Part shown: positions 10,638 through 19,464 of the stretch, piece by piece | Position numbering within the stretch: the stretch's first letter is position 1 | Layout: each line of letters starts with the position of its first letter | Assembly (NCBI GenBank): GCA_964416445.1 | Contig: CAYQEE010000008.1 | Coordinates: 6,450 to 70,449, forward strand | DNA: 64,000 bases | Reading direction: 5' to 3' | DNA from: an uncultured Gammaproteobacteria bacterium | GTDB taxonomy: Bacteria > Patescibacteriota > Microgenomatia > Levybacterales > UBA12049 | Translations under genes and position numbers: made by a program | Notes under the pieces: generated by a model | What the model was told of the DNA's origin: nothing | Database searches by the model: none | Seen by the model: only the letters and a program-made list of their open reading frames with translations

Positions 10638-12650
10638 ATGAAACGTCGAATCCTCTTTTCTTTTATTGCTCTTTGTGTGATAAGTGTCGGTTTTATTTTT
10701 TCAAGTAAATTACATGCGGAACAGCAAACAGAAAAAACAATACCACTTGATCCAACGCTCTATCCAGACTTGGTAACCGTCGATAGTTTGCATCATAAAG
10801 CATATATTACAGCGCATGGTGACGGTGGTTTGCCTCTTCCAGTAACAATTCTTGATACGATGCATGATACGATTTTAGGAATACTTCCTCTTAATACGGT
10901 TCGTGCATTAGCAATCAATACTCGAATCAATCGATTATATGCTATTGATGGTGTAACAAGGAAGCTTACTATCTTTGATACCGCCACGAATGCTCAAGTG
11001 AGTACCCCAAGTGCATTAGGAAATGATCCTTTTCTGCTTGCAGTGAATGAAACGACAAATAAGCTATATACCATTTCTCAAAGTGCTGCGACTGGAGGAG
11101 CAATAATGGTATTTGATGGCTCTACAGGCAGTCAGCTCTCAAAGAGTATTTCATTTAATGATATTCCTCAAGCTGTTGCAGTGAATCCATTAACAAATAA
11201 ACTTTATGTAGCAACGTCTGGTATTAATCCCCAACTGATTGTTTTTGATGGCACATCAAGTACTATTATGACAACCGTTCCTCTTGCAAATCCAGCAGCT
11301 GATATTGCGATCGATACAGTATTGAATAAAATCTATATCAGTAGTGATACGAGTACCGATGTGCAAGTAATTGATGGACAATCAAATTCATTACTTACTG
11401 CCCTGTCTATGACAAATATGGTACCTTGCGCACATACGTTAACTGTAGATTCACTGGCAAATAAGCTCTATGCTGCCTGTTTTAATGGAATATCAATAAT
11501 TGACACAAAAACAAATACCATCGTACAACAAATACCACTAATAGATGATTTACCGGTCAGTCACGCAATTACCTCTCAGTATTTCACCATGGATTCGTTG
11601 TTGAATAAGTTGTATGTTCCTCTTGAAGAGACCCATGAAATTGCGGTAGTTTCGTTATCTTCGCCTCCCAAATTAAATCCGTTGTCGACACGTACGACCA
11701 ATGAAGGCAGTGATCTTGCCATTCCTATCTCATTTACTGATACGGTTGGGACCTCATGGACAACACAAGTCGATTTTGGCGATTTTTCTCAAGATGATTC
11801 TGAAACAATTGCAAGTCCTCAAATAACCGTACATCATATCTATCAGGCACCAGGCTCATATACTTTCAAAATAACCGTTATGAATAATACAGGTGCATTA
11901 AGCTCAGAAACCATACCTATACAGGTACATAATGTTTCACCAACAGTGAGTACAATTTCGTTACCACAAGATCTTATTTTATTAGGTTCATCGATAAGTG
12001 CCTCTGTATTGTTTAGTGATCCCGGTTTAGAAGATAAACATACGGCTTTTTGGGATTGGGGAGATGGATCAACAAGCCAAGGAACAATTATGCAAAATTC
12101 AGTTAATGGAACTGCGACAGGTACGCATAGTTATAGGAAGTCTGGAATTTATACTGTTTCCGTAACAATTACTGATAATTATGGCGCGGCAACTACCAGT
12201 ACCTTCCATTATCTTGCAGTTTCTGATTCGAAAAATTCTGAAGTTGTCGCAGTTGGAACAGTACAATCTCCCCCAGGAGCGCTACAAACAAATCGGGCCT
12301 TGAGCGGTCCTCTTTCCTTTGGAGTTTTTGTTTCAATGGCACTACCAACAACGGGATCTTTAGAAATGAGCTTTCCTTTAGGGGATATGCAGTTTCAAGC
12401 AACAAGTATATCCATTAGTACTTTGCATGGAAATAGTGCAACGATTCAAGGTACGGGAGTTGTTAATCATATAGGAAATTATGGTTTTCTGCTGTCATTA
12501 TCTGGTAGCACTTCAATAAGCCAATCCAATATGATCAGTTTGAAAATTTGGGATATTACGAATAATGCGGTTCTTTACGATTCTCAGAATTTAGTGTTGA
12601 ACGCTTCTCTCATACCCGTACAAGAAGGTGTTTTTTCTTTTCATCCTTAA
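10638..12650 (+). CDS. Secreted YncE/YVTN-type beta-propeller protein with two PKD domains
   Basis: Signal peptide; repeated AVNPLTNKLYV / V.VIDG blades; PKD motifs VDFGD and WDWGDGS...HSYRKSGIYTVSVTITD. Confidence 0.85.
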   Translation: MKRRILFSFIALCVISVGFIFSSKLHAEQQTEKTIPLDPTLYPDLVTVDSLHHKAYITAHGDGGLPLPVTILDTMHDTILGILPLNTVRALAINTRINRLYAIDGVTRKLTIFDTATNAQVSTPSALGNDPFLLAVNETTNKLYTISQSAATGGAIMVFDGSTGSQLSKSISFNDIPQAVAVNPLTNKLYVATSGINPQLIVFDGTSSTIMTTVPLANPAADIAIDTVLNKIYISSDTSTDVQVIDGQSNSLLTALSMTNMVPCAHTLTVDSLANKLYAACFNGISIIDTKTNTIVQQIPLIDDLPVSHAITSQYFTMDSLLNKLYVPLEETHEIAVVSLSSPPKLNPLSTRTTNEGSDLAIPISFTDTVGTSWTTQVDFGDFSQDDSETIASPQITVHHIYQAPGSYTFKITVMNNTGALSSETIPIQVHNVSPTVSTISLPQDLILLGSSISASVLFSDPGLEDKHTAFWDWGDGSTSQGTIMQNSVNGTATGTHSYRKSGIYTVSVTITDNYGAATTSTFHYLAVSDSKNSEVVAVGTVQSPPGALQTNRALSGPLSFGVFVSMALPTTGSLEMSFPLGDMQFQATSISISTLHGNSATIQGTGVVNHIGNYGFLLSLSGSTSISQSNMISLKIWDITNNAVLYDSQNLVLNASLIPVQEGVFSFHP

Positions 12651-12747
12651 GGAAATATTCTCTTGCATGATTCTTATGGTTCTTTAGTCTTTTTCTCAGT
12701 AGCGATCTTTACAATAAAACTATCATTAAAAAAAGGAGGTGAGAAGT

Positions 12748-13071
12748 ATGGCTACAAAACGAACATCACAAACGCAAAATCAAAAAAAATCTGAGACAGA
12801 GCAAAGGGGACGAAAAGGTGGACAAACAATGCCCGTAAGTCCGCTCATGGGCGCAGCTGCTGGGGCAATTGCAGGCGCTGCTCTTGGTGCAGCGGCAGCG
12901 GCAGCGTTAAGTCAACCAATTGTTAAACAGAAAGTCGGTGAAGTTGTTGATGTTATGACCGATAAAGCAACCGAAATAATGGATGATGTTGCAGATAATT
13001 TTCAACAAAATATGCAAAATCGATCACCACATCGATTAGTCGATAAAAGTATAGAAGCTATGAAAGAATAG
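12748..13071 (+). CDS. Small hypothetical protein with Ala/Gly-rich hydrophobic helix (YtxH-like)
   Basis: Strong SD AGGAGGT upstream of ATG 12748; GAAAGAIAGAALGAAAAAAL. Confidence 0.65.
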   Translation: MATKRTSQTQNQKKSETEQRGRKGGQTMPVSPLMGAAAGAIAGAALGAAAAAALSQPIVKQKVGEVVDVMTDKATEIMDDVADNFQQNMQNRSPHRLVDKSIEAMKE

Positions 13072-13090
13072 TTTTCTAGCGAAATTAGCA

Positions 13091-13149
13091 GACGAGATCA
13101 CTTATTTTCTCACGAGTTTCCTAATGGAGAAAATGAGTGATTTTCGTTT
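13091..13149 (+). terminator. Long stem-loop, likely terminator
   Basis: GAGATCACTTATTTTCTC(13094-13111) pairs with GAGAAAATGAGTGATTTT(13127-13144). Confidence 0.6.
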
Positions 13150-13193
13150 CTATTTGAAATGTGAGGAAATAATTGCTACGATTTACCCTCTGT

Positions 13194-14438
13194 ATGCATA
13201 AGATATTTTCGCCTTTTGTTATATTGAAAAATTCAAATTTTCGGTGGTTAAGTATTGGAATATTTATTTCATTTATTGGTTCCCAAATGCAAGTAGTTGC
13301 AATAAGTTGGCACTTATTTCAGTTAACAAAGTCTGCGTATTATTTAGGATTTATTGGACTTGCTGGTTTTATTCCCATGCTTTTACTATCAAGTTTCAGT
13401 GGTATGTTAGTTGATGCATTTGATAGAAAAAAAATTATCTTACTGGATCAACTTATGTTAACTATCATTAATGGAACATTTGCCCTGGTAACCTATTTCC
13501 ATCATGATACCCCATGGATCATTTTTACTGTAATAGTTCTTAATGCATGTGTAAATGTTATTGATTTACCTGCGCGTCAATCGATTATTCCATCTTTGGT
13601 TCCGAAGAGTTCGTTAATTGTCGCATTAAATGTAAATACGATCTTTCGACAAACAGCAACGATTATTGGCCCAGCCATAGCAGGGTATCTTATTGCTGCT
13701 TTTGGAGTTGGTGTTATTTATGGAATTAATGCGCTCACGTTTCTTGTCTGCTTTTTATTAGTCATTCCGATTGTCACGCAATCTGCCTACACCAAAAAAT
13801 CTGTCCGTTTTACGTTTATCTCTGCTTTTGAAGGAATTCGGTATATCAAAAGTTCTCCAATACTGTACTCAACTATTTTATTAGATTTTTTTGCAAATTT
13901 CTTTGCAGCATCGACAGTAATATTTCCTATATTTGCAATGCAAATATTACATATCAGTACAAAAGAAATTGGATTACTTTATGCTGCACCTTCTGTTGGA
14001 GCAGTGGTAACTGGCTTACTTATTGGTACTGTTAGTCATATTCGTCAGCAAGGAAAGCTCCTGTTAGGAGTTGTTGCATTATATGGCGCAGCAACCATTG
14101 GATTTGGCTTATCACATTGGTTTCTTTTATCACTTCTGTGTTTAGCTATTGTTGGAGGAGCAGATATGATAAGTATGGTTATTCGGGCTACGATTAGTCA
14201 GCTTGTAACGCCAGATCAGATACGAGGACGAATGAACGCTATTAATATGGTATTTTTACTTGGTGGACCATTCCTTGGTGAGGCAGAAGCAGGTTTCGCT
14301 GCAGGTTTACTTGGTGCACCACTTTCAGTTATTTTAGGAGGACTTGGTGCTATTTGTTCAGCTGGAGTTATTGCAAAATTTGTACCTGAATTAACGGAAT
14401 ATGTTTATAAAAACCGAGAATTTGATAAAATAGCATAG
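13194..14438 (+). CDS. MFS transporter (EntS / MFS_3-like)
   Basis: About 12 TM segments; GMLVDAFDRKK, PARQSIIP, PDQIRGRMNA. Confidence 0.9.
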   Translation: MHKIFSPFVILKNSNFRWLSIGIFISFIGSQMQVVAISWHLFQLTKSAYYLGFIGLAGFIPMLLLSSFSGMLVDAFDRKKIILLDQLMLTIINGTFALVTYFHHDTPWIIFTVIVLNACVNVIDLPARQSIIPSLVPKSSLIVALNVNTIFRQTATIIGPAIAGYLIAAFGVGVIYGINALTFLVCFLLVIPIVTQSAYTKKSVRFTFISAFEGIRYIKSSPILYSTILLDFFANFFAASTVIFPIFAMQILHISTKEIGLLYAAPSVGAVVTGLLIGTVSHIRQQGKLLLGVVALYGAATIGFGLSHWFLLSLLCLAIVGGADMISMVIRATISQLVTPDQIRGRMNAINMVFLLGGPFLGEAEAGFAAGLLGAPLSVILGGLGAICSAGVIAKFVPELTEYVYKNREFDKIA

Positions 14439-14449
14439 TATCATTAAAA

Positions 14450-15100
14450 ATGAAAACAATTGTTGGAATTTTTGCTCACCCCGATGATGAGACTTTTGGT
14501 CCAGGAGGGACAATTGCACAATTTGCAAAAGAAAATAACGTTTATTTAATTTGTGTAACAAATGGCGATTGGAATGTTGATCATCTTGATCCTGAGTTGG
14601 GAGTACTTCGAAAAAAAGAGTTACAAGCTGCAGCAAACAAACTCGGTGTAAAGGAAGTTATATTTTTAGAATTTCATGATGGTACTCTTTGTAATAATTG
14701 CTATCATACAGTGGCAAATAAAATAACTGAACAATTGGAAAAATTACATCCTGATCTTCTCATAACGTTAGAACCGCGAGGAGTTTCTGGGCATCTTGAT
14801 CATATTGCAGTCTCGATGATAACCTCGTATGTATTTATTCGATTATCTTTTATTCAAGAACTTTGGTATTTTTGTATTAGTGATGCGTTTGATCAATTTG
14901 TTCAAGATTATTTTATTTATTTTCCACCGGGGTATAATAAAACAGCAATTGATAAAGTAGTTTCAGTATCAGATGTGTGGAGTCAAAAGATTGCTGCAAT
15001 GCATGAACATCAATCGCAAAAGAAAGATATCGATACTATATCAAAAGCATTATCTCGTATTCCGAAAGAAGAATATTTCTTGATAAAAAAACGAAAATAA
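14450..15100 (+). CDS. PIG-L/LmbE family zinc deacetylase (BshB/MshB/Mca-like)
   Basis: AHPDDE, CVTNGD, R.KEL..AA..LG, GHLDH, HQSQ. Confidence 0.92.
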   Translation: MKTIVGIFAHPDDETFGPGGTIAQFAKENNVYLICVTNGDWNVDHLDPELGVLRKKELQAAANKLGVKEVIFLEFHDGTLCNNCYHTVANKITEQLEKLHPDLLITLEPRGVSGHLDHIAVSMITSYVFIRLSFIQELWYFCISDAFDQFVQDYFIYFPPGYNKTAIDKVVSVSDVWSQKIAAMHEHQSQKKDIDTISKALSRIPKEEYFLIKKRK

Positions 15101-15130
15101 ATCAGCAGGGTACTACTATGAAAGTGCGTA

Positions 15131-15159
15131 TTGACGAGTGAAAAGATTAATGATACAGT
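15131..15159 (+). promoter_or_regulatory. sigma70 promoter with extended -10 driving leader peptide 1 and the lyase operon
   Basis: TTGACG(15131-36), 17 bp, TACAGT(15154-59) preceded by TG(15151-52); predicted TSS ~15166-67 coincides with the leader ATG. Confidence 0.7.
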
Positions 15160-15166
15160 GAATTGA

Positions 15167-15211
15167 ATGAAAAAAGAATTATCAATAATTTGTTGTTGCA
15201 GAATCTCTTGA
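15167..15211 (+). CDS. Cys-rich attenuator leader peptide 1 (MKKELSIICCCRIS)
   Basis: Hand-translated; TGT TGT TGC at 15191-15199; upstream of alternative hairpins and a cysteine-metabolism gene. Confidence 0.8.
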   Translation: MKKELSIICCCRIS

Positions 15212-15258
15212 GGGGAGGTTTTGTTCACGCAAATAACCTCCTGCATGGAGGTTTTTTT
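15198..15258 (+). promoter_or_regulatory. Ribosome-mediated transcription attenuator 1 (1:2 pause, 2:3 antiterminator, 3:4 terminator)
   Basis: GCAGAATCTCT/GGAGGTTTTGT; GGAGGTT(15214-20)/AACCTCC(15235-41); AACCTCC-TGCAT-GGAGGTT plus T run to 15258. Confidence 0.8.
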
Positions 15259-15289
15259 ATGACTAAAAATAAACATAAATACTCTATCT

Positions 15290-16522
15290 ATGAAAAAAAA
15301 TAAAGGATTTTCAACAAAAGCATTACATAGTTTTTATAAACCAAATAAAGATGACGGTGCTATTATTCCACCGATTCATATGAGTACTACTTTTGCGTTT
15401 GGCAATAATGGTGGATACTATGATGGTTCTTTACCACGAGAAGTCTGGGAAGCAGAGAATGCTTTTAAATTTAATAATGATTATCATCATTATGATTACT
15501 CACGGACCGTTAATCCGACAAGAATTATTTTAGAAAATACTATGGCACAAATGGATAATAACAAATACGGGCTTGCTTATAGCTCAGGTTCAGCGGTATT
15601 AACAAATATTGTTGCTTTGCTTAAACCGCAAGAGGCTATTTTATTCTCTACAGATGCATATGGTGGAACGTATCGGTATATTGTTCGAGCTGCAGGAAGT
15701 CAAGGAATTCAGTATAAAATTGTTGACCTCACTGACCTCACCAAAACAGAAGAGGTGTTGAAAAATAGTAATATAAAAATTATTTGGCTTGAGACACCAA
15801 CAAATCCTTTATTAAAGGTGGTTGATATCGCTCGTTTATCGCAATTAGCAAAGAAATATAAGGCCTTATTAGTTGTTGATAATACTTTTGCGTCTCCAAT
15901 CATTCAGCAGCCATCAGAACTTGGAGCTGATATTGTCGTATATTCAACCACAAAATATATTAATGGTCATAGTGATGTTGTTGGTGGTGTGCTTACGACA
16001 AGTAGTACGGAATTATATCCACGTCTTAAATTTCTTCAGAATTCTTTAGGAGCAATTCTATCACCATTTGATTCTTGGTTAACACTTCGTGGATTACGAA
16101 CACTGGAATTACGTATGGAACGACATGTCGATAATGCAGAAAAAATTGCCAAATTTTTATCTAACCATACGAAAATAAAAAAGGTCTATTATCCAGGATT
16201 ATTTACTGGTGAGCAGGGAAAAATTGTTGCGAAACAAATGAAACGTCCTGGAGGAATGGTATCAATTGAAATGAAAGAAGCATATGATGTCCAACTGTTT
16301 TTGAATTCATTACACTATTTTCCTCTTGCTGAAAGTCTTGGTGGAGTAGAATCATTAATTGATCATCCTGCCTCTATGACTCACTCAGCAATACCAAAAG
16401 AAGAAAGAGAAAAAATAGGATTATCAGATGGTTTATTACGAATTTCAGTAGGTATTGAAAATAGTGAAGATCTTATTGCTGATTTAACACAAGCACTCGA
16501 AAAAACAAAAGAAAAATCATGA
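15290..16522 (+). CDS. PLP-dependent cystathionine gamma-lyase/synthase family enzyme (Cys/Met metabolism)
   Basis: PPIHMSTTF, YSRTVNPT, YGGT, WLETPTNP, VDNTFASP, STTKYINGHSD (PLP Lys), LAESLGGVESLI, LLRISVGIE. Confidence 0.95.
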   Translation: MKKNKGFSTKALHSFYKPNKDDGAIIPPIHMSTTFAFGNNGGYYDGSLPREVWEAENAFKFNNDYHHYDYSRTVNPTRIILENTMAQMDNNKYGLAYSSGSAVLTNIVALLKPQEAILFSTDAYGGTYRYIVRAAGSQGIQYKIVDLTDLTKTEEVLKNSNIKIIWLETPTNPLLKVVDIARLSQLAKKYKALLVVDNTFASPIIQQPSELGADIVVYSTTKYINGHSDVVGGVLTTSSTELYPRLKFLQNSLGAILSPFDSWLTLRGLRTLELRMERHVDNAEKIAKFLSNHTKIKKVYYPGLFTGEQGKIVAKQMKRPGGMVSIEMKEAYDVQLFLNSLHYFPLAESLGGVESLIDHPASMTHSAIPKEEREKIGLSDGLLRISVGIENSEDLIADLTQALEKTKEKS

Positions 16523-16563
16523 AATTTCAGGTTATCGTTTGTTGCCAAATGACTTCCTCATAG
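16519..16563 (+). CDS. Cys-rich attenuator leader peptide 2 (MKFQVIVCCQMTSS), overlapping the lyase stop
   Basis: ATG 16519 overlaps the lyase TGA (ATGA); TGT TGC at 16540-45; TAG 16561-63. Confidence 0.75.
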   Translation: MKFQVIVCCQMTSS

Positions 16564-16613
16564 GGGGGTATTTGTACAATGTTTTCATACCTCCCTTTTG
16601 GGAGGTTTTTTTT
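16546..16613 (+). promoter_or_regulatory. Ribosome-mediated transcription attenuator 2
   Basis: 1:2 CAAAT-G-ACTTCC/GGGGGT-ATTTG; 2:3 AGGGGGGTAT(16562-71)/ATACCTCCCT(16587-96); 3:4 ACCTCCC-TTTT-GGGAGGT plus T7 (16589-16613). Confidence 0.78.
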
Positions 16614-16622
16614 GTGGAAAAT

Positions 16623-17744
16623 ATGATTCGTTTTGAAAGAAGACAACAAGATTATTGTACGAACTTAACACTCTATGAGCAGCCAGTAACGGCATTATTG
16701 GACGATCAAGAATATTATCCGCAATATGGATTATCGGAAATTTTTACTGGAATGGAAACACTTCCGCTTCCCATGTTAGTACAAACATTAGTTGGTGATC
16801 GTCTCAAACCAACATCGATACTTCCTGAGGGATATTTCTATGAACAAATACAGGATGCACCTCGGAAAGCAGGTGCCCTGATAGAAATGTCAATAGATGC
16901 TCATATAAGTGATACGAATGACTTTGAAGGAGGAACACTGCAGTTGTTAAATAATGCGCTATGTACGACGGTTATTATTACAAAAGGAGAAAAAGGAGGA
17001 TTTGATGGGATGTCAGAGGAACAAACGATTGCTATTCGGATGAATGAAGCTTTATTAGCGCAACAAATTTTAGGAAATCAGCTGGCATATCTCTCTCCTT
17101 TAGATGGAGGCACTTTTATCGATGGAGCGCTTCTCTCTCAATTAACTATGCTGAAAGATGCAATAAAAAACGATGTGCGTGCAAGAAAACCAGATGTCGT
17201 AATAATTCATTCAGATCAGTTAGATCACCTTGATCACGTAGCAACGTACCACGCGACAGTACGTGCATTGCGGGAATTATTCCAAGAAGAGAACTTTAAG
17301 AAACCTGCTGTGTATATTCGAGAACCAGAATTTTTATTTCCCTCAGGAACTGCTGAACAATATGAGATGCTTTCGAATTCTTTACATAACTGGAGTTTAG
17401 GACGGAGAAGTAAATATGCACAGCAAAAGTATCGTGAAAGGCCAAAATTAGAGACTTCGGATTTTATTGTTGATATAACCTCAGTAAAACAAAAAAAAAT
17501 TGCTGCACTCCTCGCACATGAAACTCAAATGAAACGGCATCCCAATAGCGAGGAGTTAAAAGATTATGTGACAAGAATCCCTGCCAGAATGCTAGTTCAA
17601 GGAAGTCGTCTTGCGAAACATGGGGAAAAGAAATGGGCAGAAGGTTTTCGTCAATTACATATTCATGGCGTCACTTCATCGGAAAATAAGCTTGCCTTCT
17701 ATTTACCCAATGGGTCAATGTATCGATTGAGAAAAATAGGCTGA
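16623..17744 (+). CDS. Divergent PIG-L/LmbE family deacetylase/amidase with N-terminal extension
   Basis: AHISD (variant of HPDD), ITKGEKGG, R.NEA..A..ILG, DHLDH, KKIAALLAHETQM, AEGF; start placed downstream of the attenuator terminator. Confidence 0.75.
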   Translation: MIRFERRQQDYCTNLTLYEQPVTALLDDQEYYPQYGLSEIFTGMETLPLPMLVQTLVGDRLKPTSILPEGYFYEQIQDAPRKAGALIEMSIDAHISDTNDFEGGTLQLLNNALCTTVIITKGEKGGFDGMSEEQTIAIRMNEALLAQQILGNQLAYLSPLDGGTFIDGALLSQLTMLKDAIKNDVRARKPDVVIIHSDQLDHLDHVATYHATVRALRELFQEENFKKPAVYIREPEFLFPSGTAEQYEMLSNSLHNWSLGRRSKYAQQKYRERPKLETSDFIVDITSVKQKKIAALLAHETQMKRHPNSEELKDYVTRIPARMLVQGSRLAKHGEKKWAEGFRQLHIHGVTSSENKLAFYLPNGSMYRLRKIG

Positions 17745-17746
17745 AA

Positions 17747-18853
17747 TTACTCATAAACTTTTTTCCAGGTTTTGATGAATGTCTCAATACTTAATGATAA
17801 TGGCTTTGGGGTATTGTGCGTAGTTCTTTGTAATGCTTTCCAGAGATCTGGCGTTTGTCCAATATGCCAAAAACCTTCTGTATCAAGAGATGTCTTTGTT
17901 GTTACGTTTGTCGGGGGGATTCTTTGTAATGGTCCGTTTAAATCACTCCCAATTACTGTTCTCTCCGGTCCAATAAGTGTCGAGACTTCTCGATATTCTT
18001 TTGCAAAAAGCAAAAAAGCATCAGGGTTATTAAGCAGTAGCTCTCTACTGGGTAAGAGGCCAAGCATTCCTTGGCTGTTCTTAATTGCGTTAAGTTGCCA
18101 GCTGGTTAGACCTCGCTCCGAATGACAATACGAACGGATTCCAAGATGGGTATATAATAATGGTTGGTTTACTCTTTGTAAGAGTGGAATGATTTGCTTT
18201 TGGGTATTATCAGATGCATGAGATAAATCAATCCAGACCTTTTGTTTAAGAAGAAGAGTGAGAAGGTTCTTTCCTTTTTCCGTTAACCCTTTGGCATTGA
18301 TTTTTACTCCTTGCGCATACTCATTCATGAATTGGGAGGCTAGCCAAAATCGAGGAGAATGTATCATTTGCGTTCCGTGCAATAATGCAGCTCCTCCAAA
18401 ATCATTATTCGTAAGATGCATAAAGGTAACAATAGAAATACCTCTTTTTCTAATAAATACATCGACATCTTTTTCAGTTTCAAGGACACCTTTGATACCT
18501 TCGAGTGAAAAGATGAGTATTCGTTTTCCGTGATTGTATGCGTTTTCTGCGTCATTTGGTGTTCGAGCAAGAATCCATTGTGGATGTTTTTCAATAAATG
18601 CTTCAACAAGATCAATTTGTTGGTGGATTGCTTTTTTTCGATACAAGGTAAGCAAAGGATGTGCATAAAGTGCAACAACCAGTAATCCAATATTTGATTG
18701 TTCAAGTGTTTCTTCATTCACTTGGGAAGAAAATCTATTCTTCCAAGAGGTTGCTTGGAGTGGTGAATAAAAAGATCCATGAAATAGTCGCGGTATACCG
18801 GCTTCCATGAATAAATGAACATGTAAATCAACAGAAGTATTACTGTTTTTCAT
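17747..18853 (-). CDS. Membrane/renal dipeptidase family (peptidase M19, amidohydrolase fold)
   Basis: DLHVH, SLEG, HLTNNDFGG, GLTEKGK, IDLSHAS, IGSDLNG. Confidence 0.85.
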   Translation of the reverse strand: MKNSNTSVDLHVHLFMEAGIPRLFHGSFYSPLQATSWKNRFSSQVNEETLEQSNIGLLVVALYAHPLLTLYRKKAIHQQIDLVEAFIEKHPQWILARTPNDAENAYNHGKRILIFSLEGIKGVLETEKDVDVFIRKRGISIVTFMHLTNNDFGGAALLHGTQMIHSPRFWLASQFMNEYAQGVKINAKGLTEKGKNLLTLLLKQKVWIDLSHASDNTQKQIIPLLQRVNQPLLYTHLGIRSYCHSERGLTSWQLNAIKNSQGMLGLLPSRELLLNNPDAFLLFAKEYREVSTLIGPERTVIGSDLNGPLQRIPPTNVTTKTSLDTEGFWHIGQTPDLWKALQRTTHNTPKPLSLSIETFIKTWKKVYE

Positions 18854-19406
18854 GGAGTGTTTGATGGATATATTTTTTTCGCATCATTTTCTGATATTCA
18901 TTCTCTGAAATGAGTGTTTGGTTTGTATCAACTCGATCGAGAAAAACAAGACCATGAATATGATCATATTCATGTTGGAAAATACGAGCAATGAATCCGT
19001 CTAGAGTCTTCTCGAATTTTTTTCCTGACCGAGAGGTATACCTAATTTGTAGCGAAGTAAAACGAGGTACCAGCCCTCGAATACCAGGTACGCTTAGACA
19101 TCCTTCCCACTCATAAACTTTTTTTTCAGATGAAGATTGTATATGTGGGTTAATCATTGCCAATGGTCTCATGAGGGGTGCGTGAGGATATCGAGGATTT
19201 GGTTTCGATGCAATAATGAATACTTGCAAAGAGCTGAATACTTGTGGTGCAGCAATCCCAACACCATCAACTTCTTGAACCGTGGCAATCATATCATCGA
19301 TGAGTTGTTGAACTTGTACATTTTTCACTTGAACGATTGGTTTTGTTTTTTCTCTCAGAATGGGATTGCCCAATTGAGCAATTTGTCGAAATACAATGCG
19401 CGGCAT
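18840..19406 (-). CDS. def: Peptide deformylase
   Basis: GVGIAAPQV, EGCLSVPG, QHEYDHIHG; upstream TTGACA-16-TACACT promoter on the minus strand. Confidence 0.97.
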   Translation of the reverse strand: MPRIVFRQIAQLGNPILREKTKPIVQVKNVQVQQLIDDMIATVQEVDGVGIAAPQVFSSLQVFIIASKPNPRYPHAPLMRPLAMINPHIQSSSEKKVYEWEGCLSVPGIRGLVPRFTSLQIRYTSRSGKKFEKTLDGFIARIFQHEYDHIHGLVFLDRVDTNQTLISENEYQKMMRKKYIHQTLHEKQ

Positions 19407-19464
19407 ATAAACTGTCACTTAGTGTACCCGTTTTCAAAAAATTGTCAATAAAAAGAAATCATTG

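Noticed and set aside
15101-15289. T-box or SAM riboswitch upstream of the cystathionine lyase-like gene
   Set aside because: No T-box consensus (GGTGGNACC) or SAM-I core, and the leader is too short; the Cys-codon sORF explains the helices better.
16539-16622. TTG start and N-terminal 28 aa of the 401-aa ORF
   Set aside because: This stretch spans leader peptide 2 and a terminator; ATG 16623 (or GTG 16614) is the plausible start.
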